The notes beneath the pieces are model-generated. The model worked only from the letters and a program-made list of their open reading frames with translations, searched no databases and was not told the DNA's origin. The position numbers were made by a program, and so were the translations under genes. A stretch of 64,000 nt of DNA from Candidatus Krumholzibacteriia bacterium (GTDB lineage: Bacteria; Krumholzibacteriota; Krumholzibacteriia; Krumholzibacteriales; Krumholzibacteriaceae): positions 2,016,001 through 2,080,000 of the forward strand of contig CAWIIQ010000001.1 in NCBI GenBank assembly GCA_963836185.1, in the 5' to 3' direction. Of the stretch, positions 54,459-62,804 are shown one piece after another. How positions within the stretch are numbered: the first letter of the stretch is position 1; each line of letters opens with the position of its first letter.

Positions 54459-54555
54459 GCCTAACGTGAGCTTCAGCTGCGGGCGCCGGCTGGCGCGGCG
54501 GGTGCTCAGCAGCCGCCGTGACGACCAAGACCGTCAGCTGCAAGCAGAGTTAGGA
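54459..54555 (-). repeat. attC (main family)
   Basis: gcctaac-gtgagcttcagctgcgg...ccgtcagctgcaagc-gttagga; R'' contains the TAA stop. Confidence 0.95.
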
Positions 54556-55278
54556 TGTTGCCTTTTCTATTCTCACACCCTTTATCAGAAGCCACAGACA
54601 AAGTGACAGTTCTCCGACAAGTGGTGCAATATATATTGGTGCTATGCCCCCTGTATAGTCTGGCCAGAGAAATAGCGTAAAGCTACCAATCACATACCCT
54701 ATTCCCGCAGCATACATGAGAATGCCTAATATCTTTGGGAAATACTCAGAATTGGACAGCAAATAGCCAAGAAACAGACAATGAAGACCAAAGAACACTA
54801 GGCCAAGATCATACCCATGTTTGTGAATATTCAGGAACATCAAAGCTATTGAATTTAGCTGTGATGAGTCAAGAGAACTGAGATAGTCAGTGCCTTTGAG
54901 AACAATCAAAGCCGCAAAGTAATTCAGCAGGTTCACACCATAGATCGCTGTTCCAGTCAGCCTGAATCCCGCTGAAACGAGGGAACCTGTTTTGCTCACA
55001 GACCTAAGCAGAATATACAGCATTATGGCTACAACCACATCACAGAGGAATATTACCAGGTCACAGGCGAAACCAACTCGAAACAAACTTTCAGAAGCTA
55101 GAATGTTGTTTGCAGTCGCAGCAGCATCACCATGCACGATCAGGCTTCCCCGGACGAATACTTCGCTGAAGAGGCCAAAACCGATGATTATCAAGTATAA
55201 GACACCTGTGATCCGGGCATATGTCACAGTGGACATCTCAGATAGACGTGTCATCATATCCCCCTCCTTCCAATCCAT
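54550..55278 (-). CDS. DUF4386-family membrane protein (cassette 2)
   Basis: ARITGVLYL, GDAAATANNI, FFGLH, PKILG, GELSLCLWLLIKG. Confidence 0.85.
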   Translation of the reverse strand: MDWKEGDMMTRLSEMSTVTYARITGVLYLIIIGFGLFSEVFVRGSLIVHGDAAATANNILASESLFRVGFACDLVIFLCDVVVAIMLYILLRSVSKTGSLVSAGFRLTGTAIYGVNLLNYFAALIVLKGTDYLSSLDSSQLNSIALMFLNIHKHGYDLGLVFFGLHCLFLGYLLSNSEYFPKILGILMYAAGIGYVIGSFTLFLWPDYTGGIAPIYIAPLVGELSLCLWLLIKGVRIEKATS

Positions 55279-55282
55279 ATCA

Positions 55283-55380
55283 TCCTAACGTGAGCTTCAG
55301 CTGCGGTCGCCGGCTGGCGCGGCGGGTGCCCCGCAGTCGCTGTGACAGACAAGACCGTCAGCTGCAAGCGTGGGTTAGAC
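55283..55380 (-). repeat. attC (main family), first in the array
   Basis: tcctaac-gtgagcttcagctgcgg...ccgtcagctgcaagc-gttagac. Confidence 0.95.
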
Positions 55381-55412
55381 CGTTCTTTTATCTCATACTT
55401 CTGTCAACTAGG

Positions 55413-55817
55413 TTAAAACTTCTGAACCCTAAAATTGAGCGTTCCACTGTATTGACTAAGCACAAGGCGAATCTGCCAGGTACCGGAAGATCCGGTTAAC
55501 GTTGTATCATTCAAGCTTGGTACAAGGATCTTGTCGTAAACAGTCACGTCTCCTGCATCTTTGATTATCAGTCGCGCTGTTCCGTACGTAGTTGAAGTCG
55601 AGTGATTGACTGTGGCCTGTGTTCCAGTGTTGTTCCAATCATAGGGTAGAGTAGCAGTCCGGTTTATGACTCCGGTTGCTTGCAATTGAAAATTGTCAGT
55701 CACATTTGTCACTTCAGGTTGAAATGGAGCCAGAGGATCATCGGAACATTGGTAAAATGTAGGAACACCGATAACGACGAGCAGGAATATTACTGTTTTA
55801 AAAGTGATGCGTTTCAT
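55413..55817 (-). CDS. Putative lipoprotein of unknown function (cassette 1)
   Basis: MKRITF..hydrophobic..FYQCSDD; beta-rich mature part; AGAAAGGA RBS. Confidence 0.75.
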   Translation of the reverse strand: MKRITFKTVIFLLVVIGVPTFYQCSDDPLAPFQPEVTNVTDNFQLQATGVINRTATLPYDWNNTGTQATVNHSTSTTYGTARLIIKDAGDVTVYDKILVPSLNDTTLTGSSGTWQIRLVLSQYSGTLNFRVQKF

Positions 55818-55845
55818 TGGATTCCTTTCTATTCTAGCTCTAGCG

Positions 55846-55919
55846 GTCTAACGTTATGTCTGTTGAACTAGGGTATTGGATATGACTGCGTGGGTGACTA
55901 TGTATCCAATTTCTAGTTC
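55846..55919 (-). other. Putative attI site
   Basis: Minus-strand GTTAGACCG is exactly complementary to cassette 1's terminal CGGTCTAAC and has no attC arms; an inverted repeat lies upstream. Confidence 0.8.
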
Positions 55920-55925
55920 TGGTTT

Positions 55926-55960
55926 ATTATCTCATCAGTTTCCCAAAAATCAACAGCTTA
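55926..55960 (-). promoter_or_regulatory. Candidate Pc promoter overlapping an IHF consensus site
   Basis: Minus TTGATT-N16-GATAAT with extended TG; plus AATCAA-CAGC-TTA matches WATCAANNNNTTR. Confidence 0.55.
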
Positions 55961-56030
55961 TCTGAAATACCTGGTGTGGCGGGTCAGGGATAGGCTGCAA
56001 TATCTGTTTCGTAAATACTTTTTCTTATTG

Positions 56031-57041
56031 CTACATATCATCCAGAGGGCTCCTAACTCCCCTCCCTCCCCGGTTCAGGACGTGCGTGTAGATCATCGTC
56101 GCAGTGACATCCCGGTGCCCCAGGAGTTCCTGGATAGTCCTTATATCGTAGCCGTTCTCGAGAAGACGCGTCGCGAAGGAATGCCTGAAGGTATGGCAGG
56201 TCGCGTGCTTCGCAATTCCGGCGGCACGGACAGCTTCTTTTACCGCTCTCTGGAGGACCGTCTCATGCAGGTGGTGACGCCTGTACTCACCCGTCTCACC
56301 ATCCCTGTAGAACCTCGTAGCCGGGAACACCCACTGCCATCCCCATTCCCGTGATGCTCCGGGGTATTTTCGGCTCAACGCATCGGGCAGGGCGACCGAA
56401 CCGCGTCCCCTCTTGATATCTTTCCCGTGCTGTTCCCGGACCCGGGAGAGATGTTCCCTGAGACGATCCTTCAGGGTGAGCGGGAGAAGTGTCATCCTGT
56501 CCTTGTTCCCCTTCCCGCTCCTGACTGTGATCTCGCCTCGCTCGAAATCAAGGTCCTTTATCCTCAGCCCGGCGCATTCCGGCAGTCTCATTCCCGAACC
56601 ATAGAGCAGCGACGCCATAAGTCGCGGGGTCCCCTGCATGCGGCTCAGGACTTCCCGCGCTTCGCTATGAGTCAGGACGACCGGGAGCTTCTGAGGCCTC
56701 TTCGCCCTAACGATGCCGTCGAGCCATCCGAGATCGATTTTCAGCACATCCTTGTAGAGAAACAGTATCGCGCTTAGAGCCTGGTTCTGGGTGGAAGCGC
56801 TCACCTTTCTCTCCGTCGCAAGGTGCGAGAGGAACCGGGTCACATCTTCCTCTCCAAGTTCCAGGGATGTCTTTCCCGTTGAAGATGATGAATCGCTTGA
56901 TCCATCTCCTGTACGAATCCTCCGTCCTGCGGCTGTAATGTCTGCCTTGATGGCATACTGACCTGGTCGAGGAGTCTGATCAGTTCCAGGAGTTTGATCT
57001 GGGCGATCTGAGTGGATCCGGGGATCTTTTCTCGCGGACAT
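56031..57041 (-). CDS. intI: Integron integrase; N-terminal region has apparent single-base indels
   Basis: [24 protein letters not shown], integron-specific WQWVFPA...RHHLHE patch, [19 protein letters not shown]; alternate frames give [23 protein letters not shown]. Confidence 0.95.
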   Translation of the reverse strand: MSARKDPRIHSDRPDQTPGTDQTPRPGQYAIKADITAAGRRIRTGDGSSDSSSSTGKTSLELGEEDVTRFLSHLATERKVSASTQNQALSAILFLYKDVLKIDLGWLDGIVRAKRPQKLPVVLTHSEAREVLSRMQGTPRLMASLLYGSGMRLPECAGLRIKDLDFERGEITVRSGKGNKDRMTLLPLTLKDRLREHLSRVREQHGKDIKRGRGSVALPDALSRKYPGASREWGWQWVFPATRFYRDGETGEYRRHHLHETVLQRAVKEAVRAAGIAKHATCHTFRHSFATRLLENGYDIRTIQELLGHRDVTATMIYTHVLNRGGRGVRSPLDDM

Positions 57042-57103
57042 ACGACAGGCCTGTATCCGGCATCTTCTCTCTCCTGGTTGTAGTGGAGTCCCCCGACAGG
57101 AAG

Positions 57104-57132
57104 ATTTTATTCTTTGTATGGTCGCACGTCAA
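57104..57132 (-). promoter_or_regulatory. Sigma70-like promoter upstream of intI
   Basis: Minus TTGACG-N17-TAAAAT just after the tatA terminator. Confidence 0.7.
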
Positions 57133-57162
57133 GGAGCGGATAAGTCAGAAACAGGACGATCC

Positions 57163-57203
57163 ATGAAAAAGGCCGGATGAAATATACCATCCGGCCTTTT
57201 CAT
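57163..57203. terminator. Intrinsic terminator after tatA
   Basis: aaaaaggccggatg-N8-catccggcctttt stem with T runs on both strands. Confidence 0.85.
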
Positions 57204-57227
57204 TTGCTTTACTGAACCTCGAGGCTC

Positions 57228-57456
57228 TCAGCCCTGCTTGTCGTCCTCGTCTTCTGTGATCTCTTTCGTCTGTCGCCTGGATCTCGTCCTTCACGTCGGC
57301 TGAGGCTTTCTTGAACTTGCGCATCGATTTTCCGATGGCCTCCGCCACTTCGGGGAGCCTGCGCGGCCCGAAGAAGATAAGGATGATGGCGAGGATGATC
57401 AGAAGCTCGGACCAGCCGAGCGGGCCTATCAGCATGAATTGCGGTAATGAAAACAT
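57228..57456 (-). CDS. tatA: Twin-arginine translocase TatA (C-terminal frameshift)
   Basis: LGWSELLIILAIILIFFGPRRLPE..IGKSMRKFK; restored end EITEDEDDKQG-TGA. Confidence 0.9.
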
Positions 57457-57470
57457 CTTTATCCTGCCTC

Positions 57471-57740
57471 CTAGCAGTACATCCTCAGCATGAATGCCAC
57501 TACGATGATCCCGAGGACGCTGACCAGATTGACCTTGAGCGTAAATCCAATGGTGAACGTAAATACTATCATATCGAGGTGCGCGGGTCCGACACGGAAT
57601 TCCTTGCCCGAGACGAAAAGTTCGCGGATCACGTTTCCCTCGGGGAGAAGCAGGCCGATCACTTCGCCGACCACGCTTCCAAGGACCACTCCTAGAAAGA
57701 AAACGAGAGCTATCATTCCTATTCGTCTCTTAGTGTGCAA
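57471..57740 (-). CDS. DUF4321-like small membrane protein
   Basis: GSVVGE..LDMIVFTFTIGFTLKVNLVSVLG. Confidence 0.7.
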   Translation of the reverse strand: MHTKRRIGMIALVFFLGVVLGSVVGEVIGLLLPEGNVIRELFVSGKEFRVGPAHLDMIVFTFTIGFTLKVNLVSVLGIIVVAFMLRMYC

Positions 57741-57777
57741 TCCGTCACCTCCGTCAAATCAATGTAACATCAATCGG

Positions 57778-58206
57778 TCAGGGCTGCAACCTGAGCCTTT
57801 CCCTGTCCCAGCCGATTATGAGGGTGGCGTCGATCCGGGGCCGCTCCTGGATCTGGATGATGACCCTCGAGACTCCGAGCCTTCTCGAGAGCCTCTTCAT
57901 CAGCTCGGGGTTCCCCTTCCTGTCTACCAGGACCGTCTCCCTGTAGTCGAAACGCTGCGCGTTCCCCTCTATCAGAACGTCTATCCCCATGCTGCGCAGC
58001 TTCATCGTCACGTCCCTGGCCACACCGGGCTCCCCCGTGCCGTTGAGGACCTCTATCTGGAAGGGTTCCTCCGGGACCGACAGGTTCCTTCCTATCCCCG
58101 ACCATCTCACGGCGATCGAGAAGGCCATCAGTAGAAGGGCCAGGACGATTATCACCGCCGCCGGGGCGATCGATCTCTTCTTTTTTTTCTTCTTCTTCGC
58201 GGCCAT
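57778..58206 (-). CDS. LytR C-terminal domain membrane protein
   Basis: IEVLNGTGEPGVA, GNA, TLIIGWD; N-terminal TM helix. Confidence 0.85.
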   Translation of the reverse strand: MAAKKKKKKKRSIAPAAVIIVLALLLMAFSIAVRWSGIGRNLSVPEEPFQIEVLNGTGEPGVARDVTMKLRSMGIDVLIEGNAQRFDYRETVLVDRKGNPELMKRLSRRLGVSRVIIQIQERPRIDATLIIGWDRERLRLQP

Positions 58207-58209
58207 TCC

Positions 58210-58698
58210 TCAGGGCCCCTGTTCGAAATAAGGGCGAAGCTTCTTCCACGATCCTTCCAGTTCCTCGGAGACGACCCTTGTCTCGGCAAGCGCCGTCATG
58301 AAGTTCGTATCGCCCGTCCACCTCGGGACGAGGTGGAAATGGATGTGCCCCACTATCCCCGCACCGCCGCTCTCGCCCCTGTTCACCCCTATGTTCATGC
58401 CCTGCGGAGCGTATGCCTCCTCGAGAGCCTTCTCGCAGAGGGCGAGATACTCGATGAGCTCGGCTCCCTCCTCGGGCGTTATATCCTGAAGACTTCCGAT
58501 ATGGCGGTTGGCTACTATCATCACGTGGCCGTTGGTATATGGAAAGGTGTTGAGGATGACGAACCAGTGTGCGCCTCTCTTGAGTATGCCGACGAGGGCT
58601 TCGTCCTCCTCCTTCCGGATATCGCAGAAGAGGCAGCCGCCGGTCTTCTCCATCGTGAAATACCTGCTCCTCCAGGGGGCGTACACTCTATCGATCAC
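58210..58698 (-). CDS. HIT-family hydrolase
   Basis: CLFC, NTFPYTNGH, HIHFHLVPRW.GD. Confidence 0.93.
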   Translation of the reverse strand: MIDRVYAPWRSRYFTMEKTGGCLFCDIRKEEDEALVGILKRGAHWFVILNTFPYTNGHVMIVANRHIGSLQDITPEEGAELIEYLALCEKALEEAYAPQGMNIGVNRGESGGAGIVGHIHFHLVPRWTGDTNFMTALAETRVVSEELEGSWKKLRPYFEQGP

Positions 58699-59450
58699 CC
58701 TTCATCATCCTTTCGGCCAATGCCAGCTGGTCCCGGTCGTTTATACCCATCACCTCGTCGGCGTTCTCTATCTTGAATACGGCGACCCTTAGGCCATCGT
58801 TGCGCAGTATCCCCATCACATCTGTGAGGTAGTACTCTCCCTGGACGTTAGTAGTATCGACCTTTTCGAGCGCCGAAAAGAGGATATCGCTGTCGAAGCA
58901 GAACATCCCGCTGTTGTACTCGCCTATCCTTCGCTGCTTCTTCCGTAGCGTCCTTGTGTTCGACGATACCGAGGAGGTCGCCCTTGTCGTCCCTGAGTAT
59001 CCTCCCGTAACCGGAGGCGTCCTCCACCTCCGCCGACATGACCGTGGCCGATGCACCCGATTCCCCGTGGAAACGGAGGAAGGCGGCGAGAGTGCTCTTC
59101 TCAAGCAGGGGGGTATCCCCCGTAAGGACCATGATCGTCCCTTCGAAGCCCTCCAGCGCCGGCCTGGCCTGCATGACAGCGTGGCCCGTTCCAAGGCGTT
59201 CGCTCTGCAGGGCGAAGGTGAGGCCCCTGTTGACGGAATCGTCGCCTGAGAGACGCTGCTTTACCGCCTCAGCCTGGTGCCCGACTACGACCACTGTTCG
59301 CGAGGGCGATACCTCGCTGAGCGCGTTGAGCACGTGCACGATCATCGGGTACCCGTTTATCTCGTGGAGGACCTTCGCCAGGTCCGATTTCATCCTCGTC
59401 CCTTCGCCCGCGGCGAGGATTACCGCGGCGACAGCGCCTTCACCATTCAT
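58688..59450 (-). CDS. GlmU N-terminal-only nucleotidyltransferase; frameshift near 58945
   Basis: ILAAGEGTRMKS..KVLH, RLGTGHA, GYGRI, EYYLTD, GIND; no hexapeptide domain. Confidence 0.85.
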
Positions 59451-60354
59451 ATCTGCTCCATTCGGGAAATTCCAGAAGCGTCTCGGCCGGCCCGTCCGGG
59501 CTGATCCTGATCGCCATGTTGTCTATCAGTCTCGTTGTTCCGAGCCTCCCCGCCGCGGCGAGGAGGATGGTCCCCTCGGCCGATTTTACCGGCTGAAGGG
59601 TCGCTCCGTCCACGCATTCGACATAATCTATCTCGAAACCTGCTTCGGTCATCGAGGTCTTTACCATGCTTATAAGTTTCGCCGCGTCTTTCTCGCCATT
59701 TCGGACAGCTTCGGCTGCTTTCAACAGCCCCGAGCGCATTGCCGGCGCGCTGCTTCTCTCCCCGGGGGACAGGTACCTGTTTCGCGAGCTCATCGCGAGG
59801 CCGTCCTCCTCCCTGACCGTCGGGCCCAGGAATATCCTGACCGGGAAGTCGAGGTCGGCGGCCATCCTCTGGATGATCACGGCCTGCTGCGCGTCCTTCT
59901 GGCCGAAGAAGGCGTAGTCGGGGCCGATTATATTAAACAGCTTCGCTACGACGAGGAGCACCCCGTCGAAATGGCCGGGCCTCGAGGCGCCGCAGAGGTG
60001 GTCGCCGAGGCCTGATATGCTGACAGTGGTGCTGTCCGAGTCTTTGTACAGGGAGTCCTTTTCGGGCATGAACAGGAGATCGCAGCCGAGCTGCTCGAGG
60101 ATCCGCGTGTCCTCTTCCTCTGTCCTGGGGTACTTGTCGAGGTCCTCCCCCTCACCGAACTGCTTCGGGTTGACGAAGAGGGATACCACGGTGAAGTCGG
60201 AGTGCTCGAGCGACATCTTCACGAGGCTGATGTGCCCCTCGTGGAGTGCGCCCATCGTGGGGACGAGGCCGACGCTGAGTCCTTTCCGTCTTACACCGGA
60301 GAGGATCCCGGCGGCCTCAGCGGCCGATGTTGCCTTTTTCATCTTCCGGGTCAT
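59440..60354 (-). CDS. panC: Pantoate-beta-alanine ligase
   Basis: PTMGALHEGH, RPGHF, FGQKD, GLAMSSRN, RLIDN. Confidence 0.97.
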   Translation of the reverse strand: MTRKMKKATSAAEAAGILSGVRRKGLSVGLVPTMGALHEGHISLVKMSLEHSDFTVVSLFVNPKQFGEGEDLDKYPRTEEEDTRILEQLGCDLLFMPEKDSLYKDSDSTTVSISGLGDHLCGASRPGHFDGVLLVVAKLFNIIGPDYAFFGQKDAQQAVIIQRMAADLDFPVRIFLGPTVREEDGLAMSSRNRYLSPGERSSAPAMRSGLLKAAEAVRNGEKDAAKLISMVKTSMTEAGFEIDYVECVDGATLQPVKSAEGTILLAAAGRLGTTRLIDNMAIRISPDGPAETLLEFPEWSRYEW

Positions 60355-61183
60355 CGGACGTTCCCTTCTTCTTCTCGGCGGAGTAGCTGTGCTCCATCCC
60401 GGGGAACGATCCGTCCTTGACGTCTTTTACATACGCGGAGACAGCGCCCCGTATCTTCTCGCCGAGCTCCTCGTACATCTTGACGAACTTCGGGAGCGGT
60501 TCGTCGTATATACCGAGCATATCCTGTATCACGAGCACCTGGCCGTCGCAGTGAGGGCCGGCGCCGATGCCTATCGTAGCTATCGATATCGATTCTGTTA
60601 TCCTCTGTGCCAGCTGCCAGGGGATCCCTTCGAGGACTATCGCGAAACAGCCCGCCTTTTCGAGCGCCTTCGCGTCGCTTATCAGCATGTCCGCGGACTC
60701 GCGGTCCTTTCCCTGGATCCTGTATCCGCCGAACTCGTGGAGCGACTGGGGGGTCAGGCCGAGATGGCCGACCACGGGGATCGATGCCTGGACTATCGCC
60801 TCTATGACCGGCACATAGCGCTCGCCGCCCTCGAGCTTGACAGACTGCGCGCCGCCCTCCTTGACGAGCCTTCCGGCGTTTCTCACGGCGTCCTCGACGC
60901 TCGCCTGGTACGACATGAAAGGCATGTCCCCTACCACGATCGCTCTGGGCTTCGCTCTCGTGACGGCCTTGAGATGATGTATTATCTCCTCCATCGTCAC
61001 CGGAAGGGTGTTCTCGTACCCCATGATGACCATTCCGAGAGAATCGCCTACGAGGATGAAATCTACGCCGGTCTCGTCGATCAGTTTCGTCGAGAGATAG
61101 TCGTACGATGTGATCGCCGCTATCTTCTCGCCGTTCTTCTTCATCTTCAGAAGAGTCGTCTTCGTGACCTTGTCCTTCATCAC
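60317..61183 (-). CDS. panB: 3-methyl-2-oxobutanoate hydroxymethyltransferase
   Basis: LVGDSLG, DMPFMSY, KLEGG, GHLGLTPQ, IGIGAG. Confidence 0.97.
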   Translation of the reverse strand: MMKDKVTKTTLLKMKKNGEKIAAITSYDYLSTKLIDETGVDFILVGDSLGMVIMGYENTLPVTMEEIIHHLKAVTRAKPRAIVVGDMPFMSYQASVEDAVRNAGRLVKEGGAQSVKLEGGERYVPVIEAIVQASIPVVGHLGLTPQSLHEFGGYRIQGKDRESADMLISDAKALEKAGCFAIVLEGIPWQLAQRITESISIATIGIGAGPHCDGQVLVIQDMLGIYDEPLPKFVKMYEELGEKIRGAVSAYVKDVKDGSFPGMEHSYSAEKKKGTSDDPEDEKGNIGR

Positions 61184-61890
61184 AGATCGCCTTCCCAGGA
61201 AGGCACGTAATATTGTGTGCCTTCGAACTTCTCCGAGATCCTCGAGAAGAAATCGTCGAGGTGGTCCCGGTTGGCAGTGAAATCGAGCCGGTCAGTATTT
61301 ACTATCAGAAGGGGCGATTCGTCGTAGTGAAAGAAGAAATGATTGAACGCCTCGTTGAGCCCGCTGATATATTCGTCGCTTATATTCTTTTCGAAAGACC
61401 TGCCCCTTTTAAGGATCCTCTGCATGAGGACCTCGGTATCGGCCTGCAGGTAGATGACGAGGTCGGGCCTTACTATCCTGCCCTCGAGAAGAGAGTGCAT
61501 CCTGTTGTACAGGACGAGCTCGTCGTCACCCAGGACAGCGTGGGCATAGATCCTGTCCTTCGCGAAGAGGTAGTCAGCGACCATCAGATCGGTGAAGAGG
61601 TCCTGCTGGGCGATCTCGGTCTGCTGCCTGTACCTGTTAAGAAGAAAGAAGATCTGCGCCTGGAAAGCATATCCGCCCATATCGCCGTAGAACTTCTCGA
61701 TGAAGGGATTGTCGTCGACTTCCTCGAGAAAGAGCCGCGAGCCGGTCTCCTCGGCGAGGAGCCTCGCTACGGTCGTCTTTCCCGCTCCGATATTCCCCTC
61801 GATGGCGATATACCTTATACCCGAGCCGTCAAGTCTGCTGCTGAGGTCTTCCATGCGCCCTACCGTAGTCAAAAAGCGTTCGGAAGTCAA
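61180..61890 (-). CDS. Deoxynucleoside kinase
   Basis: IEGNIGAGKTT, PDLVIYL, RGRSFE. Confidence 0.92.
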   Translation of the reverse strand: MTSERFLTTVGRMEDLSSRLDGSGIRYIAIEGNIGAGKTTVARLLAEETGSRLFLEEVDDNPFIEKFYGDMGGYAFQAQIFFLLNRYRQQTEIAQQDLFTDLMVADYLFAKDRIYAHAVLGDDELVLYNRMHSLLEGRIVRPDLVIYLQADTEVLMQRILKRGRSFEKNISDEYISGLNEAFNHFFFHYDESPLLIVNTDRLDFTANRDHLDDFFSRISEKFEGTQYYVPSWEGDL

Positions 61891-61901
61891 TATCTACCTG
61901 T

Positions 61902-62462
61902 TTACAAGGACTTCCGGCGTATCCTGCCCCGAAATGAGATTCTCTCGACCCTGCCGGCGGCCTCCTTCGCCTCCGCCGCTTCAGCGGCCGTGCGGCCGTC
62001 CGGCAGCCTCAGCTCCGGTTCCAGCTCGGCCAGCGGCGCAAGTACGAAGAGTCTCTCCAGGAAGCGCGGATGAGGGATCTCGAGGTCGGCCTCGCCGATC
62101 CTGCTCTCCCCGAAGAGGATAATATCGACGTCCAGGGGCCTGTCTCCCGCTCTGCCTTCCGGAGCCCTTCCTGCCTCTCTCTCCAGTCCCTGCCCCAGGG
62201 CGAGGAGGGTACGCGGGTCAAGAGTCGTCTCGATGATCATCACCACGTTGACGAAGGAACGGGAGTATCCCTCGCCCTGCGGAGCAGTCTCGTAAAGGGA
62301 GCTCAGTCGCGCCGAGGCTACTCCTGCCGAGGAGGCGATCCGTCCGGCGGCCGCAAGGACGGACCTTTCCCTCTCCCCCGTATTAGATCCGAGAGAGAGG
62401 ACCGCCTTTACGGCGGGCCAGCCGTCAGGCTTTCCGTTCGACAACGACTGCGACATGATCAA
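61902..62462 (-). CDS. folK: 6-hydroxymethyl-7,8-dihydropterin pyrophosphokinase
   Basis: LSLGSN, SSLYET, RPLDVDII, IPHPR..ERLFVL. Confidence 0.93.
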   Translation of the reverse strand: MIMSQSLSNGKPDGWPAVKAVLSLGSNTGERERSVLAAAGRIASSAGVASARLSSLYETAPQGEGYSRSFVNVVMIIETTLDPRTLLALGQGLEREAGRAPEGRAGDRPLDVDIILFGESRIGEADLEIPHPRFLERLFVLAPLAELEPELRLPDGRTAAEAAEAKEAAGRVERISFRGRIRRKSL

Positions 62463-62787
62463 GATTGTTGGGGAATGGAAGGGTAAGCTTCCTGATGGTG
62501 GTCTTCACCCTTGACGCGGGGAAATTACCGAGGAGTTCGCGGCAGATCGCGTCGGCGAGGGTCTCGAGAAGGTTGAACCTGTTCTTCTCGACAGTCTCCA
62601 TGATCTTCGAGTAGACCCTCTCGTAGTTTATCGTGTCTTCCAGGGCATCGGTGACGCAGGCCTTTGTGAAATCGCTCCAGAACTCGACATCGAGCTCGAG
62701 TTTCTGGCCCACCTCCCGCTCCATTGAAGATACGCCGTAATATCCGAAGACGGTGATTCCTGACAGGACTATCTTTTCTTCAAGCAA
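62425..62787 (-). CDS. folB: Dihydroneopterin aldolase
   Basis: GYYGV..ER..GQ, TINYE, FNLLETLA; TTG start after GGAGG. Confidence 0.9.
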   Translation of the reverse strand: MLEEKIVLSGITVFGYYGVSSMEREVGQKLELDVEFWSDFTKACVTDALEDTINYERVYSKIMETVEKNRFNLLETLADAICRELLGNFPASRVKTTIRKLTLPFPNNLDHVAVVVERKA

Positions 62788-62804
62788 CCTTCGACCTCCG
62801 GCTT

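Larger units (their letters stand above)
35565..57132 (-). mobile_element. Chromosomal integron: intI, attI and cassette array (distal boundary inferred)
   Basis: IntI, repeated attC sites between single co-oriented genes, visibly lower and more variable GC, flanked by housekeeping genes. Confidence 0.88.

Noticed and set aside
54409-54543. N-terminal extension MQLTVLVVTAAAEHPPRQP and similar short ORFs at other repeats
   Set aside because: These are translations of attC DNA; the real start with an RBS is at 54408
47397-55380. Recurring ~97-bp repeats as a CRISPR array or REP elements
   Set aside because: They are separated by whole genes, carry RYYYAAC/GTTRRRY boxes and sit beside intI; no cas genes are present
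57042-57135. SOS (LexA) box upstream of intI
   Set aside because: No CTGT-N8-ACAG or GAAC-N4-GTTC match seen; a lineage-specific motif cannot be excluded
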